Source: the human T2T-CHM13v2.0 reference genome, Homo sapiens. From it: a stretch of 64,000 nucleotides of DNA. The notes under the pieces were generated by a model. That model did no database searches and was not told where the DNA came from. It was given only the letters and a program-made list of their open reading frames with translations. This document shows positions 40,863-55,599 of this stretch, piece by piece. The translations under genes and the position numbers were made by a program. Position 1 is the stretch's first letter, and each line of letters starts with the position of its first letter. Location of the stretch: NCBI RefSeq assembly GCF_009914755.1, contig NC_060932.1, one strand, 5' to 3'.

Positions 40863-41981
40863 AACATGTGTGCATGTGTATGTATACATATATCTGAAAA
40901 AAATTAAAGTGCAGAAAGGTAAGTAAAATGGCTCTTGATCACACAGATTAAAAATAATAGTGACCTTGGGAATCCAAAGCTTATGTCATTTCTACAGTCA
41001 CTTGAAACTCCTAAACTTTCAAAACCAGGGTCATCACTAATCTTCCTTGATTCCAACGAATATAAATGGTACTGTTCACCTATTGTGTGTCAGGCTGTGT
41101 TCTAGACATTTTGTATAGAATTTGTTAATTATTTGTAATATTTTATCTTGAATTTGAATTGTATGTATATATTTTATCTATTATTTCTTACATGATTAAA
41201 ATTTTTAAAGAATTTTTGGCGTAAAAATTAGAGTAAAAAAATCTCGTCTTCTATACAGACTCTAAAATGAAATGTGTAGGCACTTTTTTATACTCATTCA
41301 AATGAAAACATGTTATTCCCTAGAAACAAAATAGTAACTTATCAAATATCTGAAATTTATTTTGTACTTTATGCTGCCCATGGCTAAATCCCAGTCATCC
41401 CATCTTGCTAAATGAAAAGAAGTATTATTATTTTAGTTTACAGTAGCATGCCTCTCAGAAATGCCTGCAAGACAATCAATAACATTAATTGAACAATCAC
41501 TTTGTACAAAATACTCTACATTACTAGATAGCCTTGATTTCACCAATGGAGCCAAATAACCAGGCTGTCACAAATGTGTTGTTTGATATTGTTTTGGCAT
41601 TTTAGTTAGTATTCTATTATTTTAAGTCTGATATTTTTAAACGTATTATATAGCTACAAAATAATCTGCATATGAAATCATGTAGAATAGTGTCAATAAG
41701 CTATCTACACAAAATGAAAAAGCCAATAGTCACAGCTTTCACTTTCAATCTACCATCTGTAGCTGGAATGAACTTCCTCAAACACAGATGCAAACAGATT
41801 ATTCACCTGCTTCAAAGCTTTCAAGAATTCTCCATCATCTAAATCACTCTTCCTAAAAATTTGGTTCAATAAACATCTGCAACAGAATCCCCAGCAATGT
41901 ATTTTTTAATGTGATTCAAAGATGATGCTTTGAATCTATTTTTTCAATAAACACTCGAGACAATTGTTTTGCACAGTAAAA

Positions 41982-42379
41982 TTCCTCCCTCCCTTCCTTC
42001 TTTCCTTCCTTCTTTCCTTCCTTCCTTCCTTCCTTCCTTCCTTCCTTCCTTCCTTCCTTCCTTCCTTCCTTCCTTCCTCCCCTCCTCCCTCCCTCCCTTC
42101 CTTCCCTCCTTCCCTCTCTCCTTTCCTTCCTTCCCTCTCTCCTTCCCTTCCTTCCCTCTCTCCTTCCCCCTCTCCTTCCCTCTCTCCTTCCCTTCCTTCC
42201 TTCCCTCCCTTCGCTCCTTCCCTTCCTTCCCTCCTTCCCTTCTTTCCTTCATTCCCTTCCTTTCTTCCCTTCCTTCCCTCCCTTCCCTCCCTTCCTTCCT
42301 TCCTTCCTTCCTTCCTTCCTTCCTTCCTTCCTTCCTTCCTTCCTTCCTTCCCTTCCTTCCTTCCTTCTTCTTCCTCTTC
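41982..42379. repeat. ~395-bp polypyrimidine/polypurine (TTCC/GGAA)n microsatellite
   Basis: Perfect blocks (TTCC)16 at 42014-42077 and (TTCC)15 at 42292-42351 flank a degenerate CT-rich core. This explains four low-complexity ORFs. Confidence 0.98.
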
Positions 42380-43156
42380 ATATTTTAATGGTGAAGTTTT
42401 TATGCTTATATAATATGGGGGAAGCATTTTTTATTTTCCTTCTGAATATAGCTCTTTAGGGCTGAATGAGCCTTTTGTTTTGTCTAAATGTATCGAGCAA
42501 CACACTTTGCAGATAAGAAAGCTAACACACTATGGTGATTTCTGTAACACTGAACACTGCTATTAGGAATTGGACCAATGCCAGGAGCCATTTCTCATTG
42601 ACAATTAAACACCCATCAACTGGTAATGATGACTCCTCGTAACTTGTGACACAGACCAGACAGAAGGGCTATGATCTGTATGGAAAAGGTATTTTATCTC
42701 ATTACTCATCCGTGGAGCCATTCACTGCCTCAGAATGTTGAATGACTGGAGCCCTCCCTGAAGAGAAAGCTACAAATTATAGGGGGGTTTATGAGAAATA
42801 TAGATATTCTATTGTAAATAATATACATATGTTTTTATTTGATTTGTGTATGTATGTTTTTGGTGAATATTAAACTTTTCCTTGGTTATTAAACTGTAGT
42901 TTTCAAAAGTTGGAAAACTGTTGCATGATATACACACAGAAAGTTAGCTTCAAAAGGGACAATTTTTTACACAGTATTTGCTTCTCAAAAGTTGATTTTA
43001 AAATGTTAATATTACATGTTAAAGAATTTAACTTTTATTCCACTCACAAAATAAGTATTATACTTATTTTGTTTAGAATACTTATTTTGCAAAGAATGGT
43101 TTTCAGAACATAAATCTTTGGAAATCTGTACTGCATGCAAAAGAAGTTTGTTTCCT

Positions 43157-43397
43157 TCTTTTTGCTTTGTTTTTGAGGCAGTGTCTCTTACTCTTGTCTC
43201 CCAGCCTATAGTGTAGTGGCATGATCATGGCTCACTGCAGCCTCAACCTCTCTTGTTTGGCTAATTTTTTTTTTTTTTTGTATTTTTTTGTAGAGAGTGG
43301 GTTTTGCCACTTTGCCCATGCTGGTCTTGAACTCCTGAGCTCAAGCGATTTGCCCTTCTCTGCTGCCGAAAGTGCTGGGATTACAGGTGTGAGCCCC
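43157..43397 (-). mobile_element. AluJ SINE with internal deletion
   Basis: tgaggcagtgtctc...atcatggctcactgcagcctcaacctc jumps to ggctaatttttt...ctcctgagctcaagcgat...gtgctgggattacaggtgtgagcc. Confidence 0.9.
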
Positions 43398-44403
43398 AAG
43401 TTTGATTTCCCACACAAGTTAAATGCAATTGATTGTAATACATTTTTAACACTCCTTTAGCACTAATAATATGTAGCTACCCTATTATTTTGTAAATAGA
43501 ATTTATGCTTTACTGAAAGATTTCTAACTCTTCATGTTTTCACTCTTTTGCAAGGAAATCAGCCAAGTTCTCAATTACAAAGGACAATTTGACAATCAGT
43601 GAAATTGAATTTGTTCCCAATCGTCATAGATCATTGGCAAGCATATGGTTTCAGGGTATGGGGCTGTACTCTTGATAGGCTACCTTATTTAGTCTGTTTG
43701 TAAATTATGAGAATTTAATATTGTAAAACAAAAAGAAGTAACCAAAGAATATGCATTTCTGAAAATATCCTCTTTGCATATTTTCATCTTTAACTTCTTT
43801 AGCTACGTACTTCCTTAAAATACCATTATCCTACTGTACCCAATATAGTTGTTGTGTGTATTGGAAAGTTTATAATTATAAAAATAAGAACTATTTGGCT
43901 TCTTTATATAGGTCATTAAATCCTGGGAATTAAATTTTACCTTTAATGCCAAAATAATAACTGTCGATTTGTATTTATTTTATTTGAATTAAGGTATAAG
44001 TGTTTTTTTTCCTACACATTACAACTAAATTATCTAATTGGCAGATAAAGAAAAAATAATTATATATGATCCATATTTAACTAGTACAAGGAATAGAGAA
44101 ATATGAACAGACATTCAATGTTATAATAAATTTTGATGATATATTAGGCTTTTGGGGAAAATGCTCAATATTTCTCCAAATTCAAAAACTCTGAAATGCA
44201 TGTAATTCGACAAATACTTATTAGGTACTTATCACCATAATTACATACTTATATATTTTTTATATCATTTAGTTTGAAAACTGAGTCTAATAACATAATT
44301 TATTTTATGTGTAAGAAAATAAGTTTCAGAGAAGCAAGGAACCATCAATTCAAACTAGTAAGATTCTGGAATAACTTTTGGAGAGGCTGAAAAAAGTATA
44401 TGA

Positions 44404-44736
<333 letters not shown>

Positions 44737-44967
44737 TAGTTCCTATAGAGGAAACTCTCTTTTGCATGGAAAAATGTGGCCTAAAATCTCTGGTTAAGGA
44801 TAATTTTTAATAATATAACACTAATATTTACTTGTATGAAAATCGTAAATATACCATTAAAATGGTGCCTGATTTGGTATCTGGTAAAAGTTTACCTCTT
44901 TCTCTTAGTTCTTGGAGCACCATGGATGGAGCTGAATTACTGTAATAAGATTTGTATTCTGTACTGA

Positions 44968-45140
44968 AGCATAGTGGTTAAAAGTTTGGGGTCATACTGC
45001 CTGAGTCAGAATATTTACCCTGGCACTTACCGGCTGAGCCTACGTTGGCATACTATTTACACTTTCTGCCCCTCAGCTTTACTATTTGTTAATAAAAATG
45101 TAAATATCACCCATTTTGTTGTGTGGATTAGATGATGCAT
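44968..45140 (+). mobile_element. MIR
   Basis: agcatagtggttaaaagtttggggtcatactgcctgagtcagaat...ttctgcccctcagcttt...gtgtggattagatga. Confidence 0.7.
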
Positions 45141-45390
45141 TGCCATTTATTGGTAGCTCTTAATCTTTGTTTTTTAAAAATTATTGAAATATGATTAATA
45201 GTTTAGTCTTTACCAGATAGCTGAATTATGAATATATATGCATTTAATTGTCACAAATTCCCTTTACATAATTTTTGCTAGGTTCTATGTTTTCAAAAGA
45301 GATTTTTTTATATATATAATATATATGTATAATTTGCTTTGCTTAGGACTATAAAGGTACTTTGTCTACCTATCAATAATGCATTAAATA

Positions 45391-45536
45391 GATTTAATTG
45401 ATTAACAAATGAATGGATGCTAATGGTTTAGATTGTCTGCCAGCGTTGCCTAATGCCAAGAAACAAATCAATGAATGGTGCAAAATGCAAATTTGATTGA
45501 AAAAAGTGTTCTACTTAGGTATTTACAGGCATGACT
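45391..45536 (+). repeat. Direct repeat copy 1 (146 bp)
   Basis: gatttaattgattaacaaatgaatg...aggtatttacaggcatgact aligns to 46083-46229. Confidence 0.95.
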
Positions 45537-46082
45537 CTAAGAATAGTCATTCCAGAAACAGTTTGTAAAGTGCATAGTGATTTGTGTTATGATCTGCTTA
45601 TGATAATTTGTAAAGCACTTCAATTGCTACAACATTGAAATTGATTTTTTGGGGGGAGCATTTTGAAGAGTGTTAAAGGGCAAGAGTTGTAAATATACAC
45701 AAATCAGAATCATATTCTTATTTGACACATTTGGCTGACATGCCTCCATATACCATAACTTACCTTTCAAAATGTAGAAGAACTAGATTGTGAAAGACTG
45801 TGAGAGATGTCAAACTACAGTGCCTAACAGCTCTTATCTTTGGACAAGTCATAGTCAATGATCATTAAAGTTCCCTGATCTTGCCCGCAACAGTGTGAAA
45901 ATGCAAACATGGAGGTCGCACTGCCAATCATTACTTAAGGTTATTGTTGCCTTTTGGAGCAGTCACCATAGCAATGGAAGTGAATTCATTAAAAGTCTAT
46001 GGCTCCCTAACACTCTTGAAAAAAATATGGCCTCTAGAAGGGAGGGAACCTTAAGCTCTCCAGTTAATTCCCTCTGACTAAT

Positions 46083-46229
46083 GATTTAATTGATTAACAA
46101 ATGAATGAATGCTAATGGTTTAGATTGTCTGCCAGCATTGCTTAATGCCAAGAAAAAAATCAACTAATGGTGCAAAATGCAAATTTTATTGAAAAAAATG
46201 TATTCTATTTAGGTATTACAAGCATGACT
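46083..46229 (+). repeat. Direct repeat copy 2 (147 bp)
   Basis: By hand alignment, ~10 substitutions and 2 small indels versus copy 1. Confidence 0.95.
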
Positions 46230-46954
46230 TTATAAACTTTTTATACCTTCCACATTATGGAAGGATATAAGATGCAGCCTTTTTCCTCTGAAAATATATC
46301 TTTTAAAAAATGTTTCCAAAGAAAAGTCTGAGTATGTATTTACATTGATGAAGAAAGGATAAGATTGAATTTCAGGAATGAACATAAACATATTCTTTAT
46401 ATAAGGATTTTGTACATCAAAAAACAAAAACAACTGTGGAATTGTTTACTTACTATAATGCCTGGCCCCTACCTCCCCAAAATATTAGTATAGAAGTTGT
46501 ATTATACATTTGCTTTACATTGATTAATATATTTATATAGTTTTTTCCTCCACTAGTTTCTTACTTGTTTATCTTTCTTTTCTCCCTTTACTTTGTCTGT
46601 AAATGGATATCACATATCTGAAATATAAACTATGTATAGTTTTATTGAATATACTTTCTCCCTTATTATTAGCAACCATGAGTAGGAATTATTTCTTCCT
46701 GAAAATACCAACTAAAGTTTACAACATATAGTTAATATAGTTAATATTTTCATTGATGATGATGATATTTTAAAAGTTTGTCTGTAACTTAGACAAACAA
46801 TTGACTTAGAACACTTAACTTTTATTTTTCTTTCTATTGGTTGGTGACCCCGGATAGATCAATATAAGTTTTCTTACACATGGTCTGTCCCGTTTCCAAT
46901 TTAGCATCTTCTAGTCTACCTAACCTCTAACCAAGTATATTAACTATTTATTGT

Positions 46955-47220
46955 GAGTATCTGCATGCTGGATACTTTACTTATAGCATCTGAATCTTTA
47001 CAACATCTTGTAAAGTAGGCATTTATTATCCAACATTGATGAAAACAGTAGAGACTGGAACAGGATGTGTGACCTGCCTATAGTTGCCCAATTAGGATGT
47101 GGCAGATCCACAATTGACTCGTTTCCAGATTAAAAAAAGAAAAAAAAAAAGTGAATGCAGCCCCCTTACTAAATGTAAACTTGAACTAGTTGCTTTACCT
47201 CTTTGATCCAAATTTCTTCT
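46955..47220 (-). mobile_element. MIR fragment
   Basis: aatctttacaacatcttgtaaagtaggcattttattatcc..gatgaaaacagtagagact...gtgacctgccta. Confidence 0.6.
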
Positions 47221-49266
47221 CTGTATTAAGTGTAACATCAATCCTGGCCTAATTCCCAGAGGTCGTATGTGGTGATGAACATAGCTGCTGTCCAGCAATG
47301 GACACTGAAAGGTGTACCTTTCTTTGTTGTTATTTTTTCTCCCTCTCTCTCTCTTTTGTTTTTACTATTTTCCTGCTTATCTGCCTCTCTAGTATGGAAG
47401 GGTAAAACGTATGTCCAAGTTTAATTTCTGGTTCAATTTTGCTACAACCTACATGATACTGGGGACATTACCTTCTGAACCAGTTTTCTTATTTCATAAG
47501 CAAGAGATACAAAGACAGACTATGTATGCCGTTTGGTAAAAATCGGGGATTCAATAAGTGTTGGTTCTTTCTTATCCTCTTTGCTTTGTGAAACATGAAG
47601 CTCTATGTAAATATTAGGTACTAGTATTATTATCAGGAACTAAAAAATAATGCCACCAAAATTATATTTAATTTGATACCCAGATAGACTCAAAAGAAAT
47701 CAATTAACTTCTAACTTTTCAGGTGCTATTTGCCCATAGGATGCCATGATTACCTTCTGATTATTTAGGAATCAGCACTTATCTGTTCTCTAGATGGGGG
47801 AAAGAAAAAAAAAAACTCTTTCTCTTTATAATCTACCCTTTCAGCTGTTTGTTATACACTAATTTCTCATAAATTATTTGGACATTGGTTCTTTCCAAAT
47901 ACTCTTCCAATGCTGAGATTTTATTATTCTAGACTTAAATCTTGATTCTTTATATACAAATTATTTTCACCTTACCTGTGAAATCTAAAGATCCATTTCT
48001 CCTGTTAAATTAGCTAGTTTAGCATTCTCTTAGCTGCTTTACCTGACCTCTGCTCCAGTCCCCTCTGATGACTCTACGCTGTCCTAAAAAATCACTTTAC
48101 TTATTGTTTTTTCCCATGTCAACTCTCCTTCAGCCCCACCATACTTCTCAATATTTTCCTTCTTTCCTGGGCCTATTTTTCTCACTCTTTAATTTCTCCA
48201 CACTTTGTCTCTCTTATTTTCTATCTCCTGAGTCTCCTCCCTTTAGTTCCTCTAATATTCATTGTGATCTTTTGCCACTTCTTCCTGGCTATGATCCAAT
48301 CTCCTCTCTTTCAAATCACAAAGAACTATTTTTTTTACATGATACAAAGAAGATAAAGGAGGTACTTAGTATATTTGTAAAGAGCATAAATATTTATATA
48401 ATGTAAAACATATGGCAAAAGAAAGACTAGAGGCTTGAAAGTGGTTCGTGTGGATAGTTAGAATTTTCTATGGTGAGTATATCTGAAATATTCAATTTCC
48501 ATTGCTAAGGATTAGAGGTTTGATGTGTGTCCAGTAAACAAAAACATGGCTGAGGAGACCTTGGAGAAATAGGTAGTGCAAAATTAATTCTGCATTTTTA
48601 GTGCTTTCAATGTTTCACATGTGATTCTATTGTTATGTTTCTCTTGTCATTTGACAACCATGCAAGGTGGCTTGCTGATGTTATCTTTCTGTGTTTTATT
48701 GTTAGTTGCATAGAATGTATTTAGCTATTCATGATGCTGTCTGTTTTCTGGTGTTCCTCTTGCCTTTTAAGTCTTTGTTTTTCCTGTTCCCTGTTCACGA
48801 TGAATTTGCAGTATTTTTCCCAGTATTTGTGAGGTTGAAACATATGATGTTGACACCTCTTTTTGTCAAATGTCAAATTTTTGAGGATTTTTTCTTAGAT
48901 ATCTTTGAAGTAAAATTTATATTTGAATGTGCAAATCGGTAACAAATTAAGATAGTCCTTAGTAAATTCCCTACTAAATTCTCATGAAATACTTATTGGA
49001 TTTCTCAATAAATGTAAATACATGCCTCTGTGAAGTAATTCCAATGCCTCACATTTATACAGAATCATAATAAAGTTTCACACATATCATCTTTTTTTTG
49101 CAATTTACATCAAAATTGTGCTAGGTAAAGCAGATATTCTTCCTCCCATTTACAGATAAGGACTTCCAGAAGTTTCATATTCTCAAGGTTATATGGCTAG
49201 AAAGAAATTGAGACTGAAATATTCAGGTTCACTAAGTTTATTCATAATTCATTGCTTTTCCACTCT

Positions 49267-49625
49267 TGTCTAAGTTCAGGCTGCCACAACAAGAAATCAT
49301 AAACTGGGTGGCTTATAAACAGAAATTTATTTTTCACAGTTCTGGAGGCTGAGAAGTCCAAGATCAAGGTGGATTTTGTGTCTAGTGAAGGCCTGTCTTC
49401 TCTCTGAAACCCCACTTGGTGGAAGGGCTAGGTAGCTGTCTCTGATTTCTTTTATGAGGGCACTCATTCTAATCATGAATGCTCCACATTCTAATCATGA
49501 ATGCTCCACATTCAAGGTATAATCTCCTCCCAAAGGCCTCCCCTTCTAACATCATCACCTTGAGGGTTCGGATTCAGGAATTTGTGTAGGGGTGAGGAGG
49601 ACAACACAAAGATTTAGACCATAGA
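49267..49625 (-). mobile_element. MaLR LTR (MLT1A/MST-like)
   Basis: tcaggctgccacaacaag...tgggtggcttataaacagaaatttatttttcacagttctggaggctgagaagtccaagatcaagg...atttagaccatag; 22-bp tandem duplication at 49465-49508. Confidence 0.87.
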
Positions 49626-50307
49626 CCTTCTTATATATAAATACTTGTAGAATGTGAAACTGCTTCAATGCCTTTAATTTAAAAGTCATTTATATTTTCT
49701 ATCTTCATTATCATAATATCTATCAAGTGCCAGCCACTCTACTTATATTATTTATTGTCTTTACTGCAGATCTATAAGCCAAGTCTAATTAGATGAAGAT
49801 GGCATCAGAGTATTTTAATAAGACGTCCAAAGTCAAAAACTTGAAAGTACATAGTCTTGCATTTAACTTATTCTACATATGCCTCTGTGTGTATTATGTC
49901 TACTATCATATACTATATAATTTTTAAAAGAGTTTTAAACAAACTCTTTAATACCACTTTGTTCTGCAGTTAGAAAACATAGTTCATGACTATTATCTAG
50001 TTAAAAGAAAAAGAATGAAAAGAAGAAAAGTGAGTTGTAATATAGCATCAATAGAACTTCTAGCTTAGGTCCTCTCTAAACTCATTTGTCTAATATTTAT
50101 TTTTGCATCAGGGAATTTGTAATCATATCAGTGACTTGGATATACATGCAATGGCATGCATACAAGCCACCAATGAGGCCAACTGCACATTGAGAAAGAT
50201 ACATGTTGCCATGAGATAGCTCAGCAATGTTTCACATAAACACATGCAGGTGCACATACATAAACACATTGCTCATCATCTAACCAGTCACATTTCAATT
50301 ATATCAC

Positions 50308-51190
<883 letters not shown>

Positions 51191-54100
51191 ACAAGACAGA
51201 ATTTTCTAAGAAGAGCAAAAAAGTGCCAAATTCTCTTTCCACTAAGGCTGATAGGAAAATGACTTAATAATAGAGAACCTGACACCAGGTATCGGTTCAT
51301 AGAAAGAGAATCAAGTTTTCCCTTGTCCACCTATGGTAAATTGCTGATGTGCTTTCACTCACTACTTTCTGTTGAAAATTTTATCTTGCCATTATCTTTT
51401 GTTGTTTTTCTTCTACCTGCAACCTAATGTAATTCTAGTAATGTGAGTAGACTGAAAAAAGTAATTATTAGTGCCAATTAAGTTGAATACATTTTTTAAT
51501 ATGAGAATAAAATTTCATCAACTATAATGAATTTAAAATCATATCTATCCATATTTTGTTTCCATTTGATTGCATAAGATTACAAGTACGTTTCAACATA
51601 TTCTTAAACATTTCGTTATGTATTTCTTTTTCTGTAAATTGTTTTTGGCTTTAGCCAAGACTATAATAAGATGACTTCTCACAATAATAGCATTTCTGAG
51701 AAAACAGTTTCCTAACAGGTAGTTATATTCAATTGCAAGAGTTTCCACTCCCTGAGAATTCAAGAGTCACAGTCTAAGATTTACTAACAGTGGGCCAGTA
51801 TATTATGAGGGAAGTCTTATTTGTAGCTCAGTATCCTCTATTAGCTGAGGGTATGAGTGACTATAATACTGATGATAATTTATTGCATAACAAAAGATTT
51901 TACTATTGTAGCATTTAAATTAATCATGTAACGGGGAGGGTCTTTTCTGTTTCTATTCATTCAAAGGCATTTCTTCATGTTGTATCTCTACTTTCTCATG
52001 TCATAGAAAACATTAGACATGATTAACTGCAGGTATCTGTGCCTCATGATATCCAAGCAAAGTCCTTTTTATATTTCATCTTATAATTGTATTTGCAACT
52101 TAATGTTTGAAGTGTCAGTCTTTGTAAAATTAGCTCATCTTGTTATGATTTAGAGCTTTGATGTAAGTGAAAGGCTTCGATTGCAATGCAGAGTCACATC
52201 TGAGAGTAAACTGCATAGACAAAGAGACTTACAAGACTAGTAAATCAAATACTCTGAGCTGTCTATGTGGATTATGAGATAGTATTTGCATAACTTTGAA
52301 GTATTTATACTGATGAAATTACAATAATTAAAATCATTGCTGTGTCAATTGCTAGATGCCACAAGGCACAGCAATTACTAGCATGCAAATCAGACTTTGT
52401 GTAAGCATTTTAAGGAATAATTACCTTATTTGATTCAGATGTGCCTGAAAGGCATTAAGAATCATTTGAGCTATTTTTCCTTCAATAATTTTAAGGCTCG
52501 TAGATAATGTTGTTGTTATTATCAATTATTTACTTTTGTGTATTACTTTTCCTTATTTTGGTTGAAAGTAAATGCCATAGATAAAATAAAAACATACAAC
52601 TTTGCTGTAACTAAAAACAATTTACAGTATCTGTTAAACCTGCATCTCAGTTCAGCAACCACTTTTCTTTCTAATGGGCTTTACTTGCTATGTCATCAGT
52701 TTCATGCTAAATAGCTAATGTGTACCCAATGTCTATATTCCCACAACTTAAGATCAGGGCTGTGAACTGCAAGAAAATGCTAGAGTAAAAAATCAAGACA
52801 TAAGAAGTTACAGAATATCCACACAAATATATTTGCCACAGAATATGTATAGGTGGTCATTTAGCCAGTTCAAAAGTTTAGTTTTCAAATTGCAAATGTT
52901 TTACCTTCTAAAATTGACACCAAACTTTATACAATACATGAAGTCAGATCTGATATCATATCAGATAAGTGAATGATATGATTGAATTGAATTGAATGAT
53001 AATTTAGAAATCATTAAATACTTTTTTGAAGACTTTGGGTAAAGTGATGGTTAATGGAGGCTTACTTACATATCATTGTTTCCTTAACAAAATATCAAGT
53101 CCTGATCTGTTTTTTTCTATTGTGTAAGTAATAAAAATAAAAAGTTTTTTTAATGTATCATGTATAATAATTGAGTTATGTGTCACTGAATCAAAGCAGA
53201 GATTTTTATGAGAACTGTTGCCTAACCTGCTTTCTTTCTTGGGCCTTGCTCTATTCCCTCATGACTCTTAATAAATAGTGTCTACAAATGGCTACAATTT
53301 TATTTTAGTCCCTTGAAAATTCAGGCTGTTTTCATGAGCAAAGTTTTTCTATTTTAACATGTGTTACTTTGCTTGTCGTCTGAAAGATCCTGAAAATATA
53401 CCAGATTTTGTATTTCAGTTAGTTGAAAAGTTAACCTGAAATTAAAGTTTTCTTGATTATCTATACAAATTATCTTTCCATTTTGGATAGATATGGGAAT
53501 AATTTCTGTTTTTTATTTTACAAAAGGCATACATATCTAAAAACTATAACATTCATTTACAATATATTTTAAAAATTAATTTTAGATTATTTAAGTTAAC
53601 ATAACAACTTGCTCTGGAAAGTATGTTCTGTGAAAATAACGTATGTACAGGAGAGAAACTAATAATGAACATGTGAGTTTTGTGTTTCTCTTTTTTCTAG
53701 ATCTATTGCTAGTTGTACAACTGATACACAGTCTCTAGTGAGATACAAATTAATAGACAAATAAGTGTTACTCCTCATGAAAAGCTTCTGGAAGAAAGTT
53801 TCTAAAATTATGTGAGGAATATTTTTAAGTATATTGTAGAGCACTCATTAAATATTTGTTCCTTGAGTGAGTAAAGACATATAAGAAAAATTCACATTTA
53901 CTAGAATACATTTTTTGGAAAAATTCAGAAAAGTAAGTTTCTCTTTTTTTTTTAGCAACAAAATGTTCCATTGCCATATGTCACAAACAAAAAAGAAAGT
54001 TTGAATTTTATCATGACAATTCTATATGATATTAATAGTGGGATACCGAATTTGGATACTATAATAATCTTTTGCAACAAAAAGTGTTGAAATATAGAAA

Positions 54101-55004
54101 AGGACTATGAGGCATAGAGGTTCTTATAAAAATAAAGCTTGTGAAAAATTCTAGTTTCTGCAACCAGTGGAAATTAAAAAGGTTTATTGATTTTCCATTT
54201 CAATATATTTTTAAATCTAGTCTTCTTTGTTCTGGTCTCGCTTTCCTGTTGAGTGACTGTGGGTAACCTATTTGACTCTTGCAATGTACTTTAAGCCTCA
54301 TTTTTATTATTTTAAATGAAGCTTTCATAGATACATTTCTTCCCATTCTTTTCTATCTTACAAATATCATAGAAAATAAAGTTCCTTTGATGACTCTTAA
54401 TTAGGTTGACTTGCAACAACACTTTTGTGACTTAGTTACAAGGCCTCTTATAGCCCATCCTAAAGTAAAAAAAATATTTATTTGTTCCCTGTGGCAAAAT
54501 AAATTGATCATTAATATGTACACACTGGTTAGAAAGTTACACAACATGAATACTTTTATCATCACAATGCATTTGAATAATAGTGTCATTACTGTCAGTT
54601 CTCTCTTTAATAACAGATAGATGTGCTTAACCACAATGAATCATTGCGCTCTAGAACACATTGAGTCAAGATTTTAAAAACAACTTAATTTCTTTTAATT
54701 TCCTAACATTTTCTGTAGAGATCTTGGTTTTAAAATTAGTACTGACCAAATTATACATCACTTTTTGTCTTGATATGCTAAAAAAAGAAATGGCATAGTA
54801 GACCACCTGAATGTAGATGATTTTATTTCATATTTATATTTATTTAGCATTCAAAACATACGCTTACAGCATATGCTTTAGGATGATGTGCTTATATTTA
54901 TGTTCATATTCTCAATGATTGCAGGATAGCACTATGCTACAGACCTGAGCATACAATAAAGAATGAACCTTACATGATTCAGAGCAATAATTCAAAACAA
55001 TCCG

Positions 55005-55160
55005 AATTCCAGTATTCCTTAGAGAACATTTTAAAAATGGAATCCCATTCTCTTTCCCAGAGTTGCAGAATCAGTAGCTCAGGGAAGTCAACCCTGGGAC
55101 TCTGCATTACAAAGAAATTTTCTAGAGATGCTTATCCACAGCCCGGTTTGGTAATCACTG
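55005..55160. mobile_element. MER5-like hAT-Charlie MITE fragment
   Basis: cccagagttgcagaatcagtagctcagg...ctctgcattacaaagaa..ctagagatgcttat...gtttggtaatcactg. Confidence 0.5.
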
Positions 55161-55599
55161 TCAAGTTTCAGTGTGCATGGAGGAGCCCCAGACAGTACAT
55201 ATGTGTCCCTGAGACCACAAAGTAGGGGAGAGATGGGAACCTAAAACTTGGTTAACCATGTCTTTTTTCTTTTTCCTCCCTAAGGCCAATAAACTTTTAC
55301 CTATTTTATATCCAGCTTCAGTGAAAAATTTCACTATGCAAAAATAGTTGTAGTCAAAAATAATTTATTGAACCGGTGCTTTTTAAAGTTGACTTTTTGG
55401 CTTTTAACAACTAGTTTCATCTTGAGTGCAGGTCTTTTCCCCTACATATATAGAAATAAATGGGTATTTTCTTAACATGAAAATGAACAAATATATATCA
55501 GAAAACAAAATTTAGCAGCATGCTTGATGAAATGGCAGAATTTCTAAGAAAATCAGAAACCAGACAAACTTGCATATTATTTATGGCACATTATAATAT

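Noticed and set aside
41936-42427. Four 139-163 aa ORFs (KEGR / PSFL repeats)
   Set aside because: Translations of the GGAA/TTCC microsatellite.
45391-46229. Direct repeats read as LTRs of a miniature retroelement
   Set aside because: No TG..CA termini, TSD or primer-binding site seen; local duplication is the simpler explanation.
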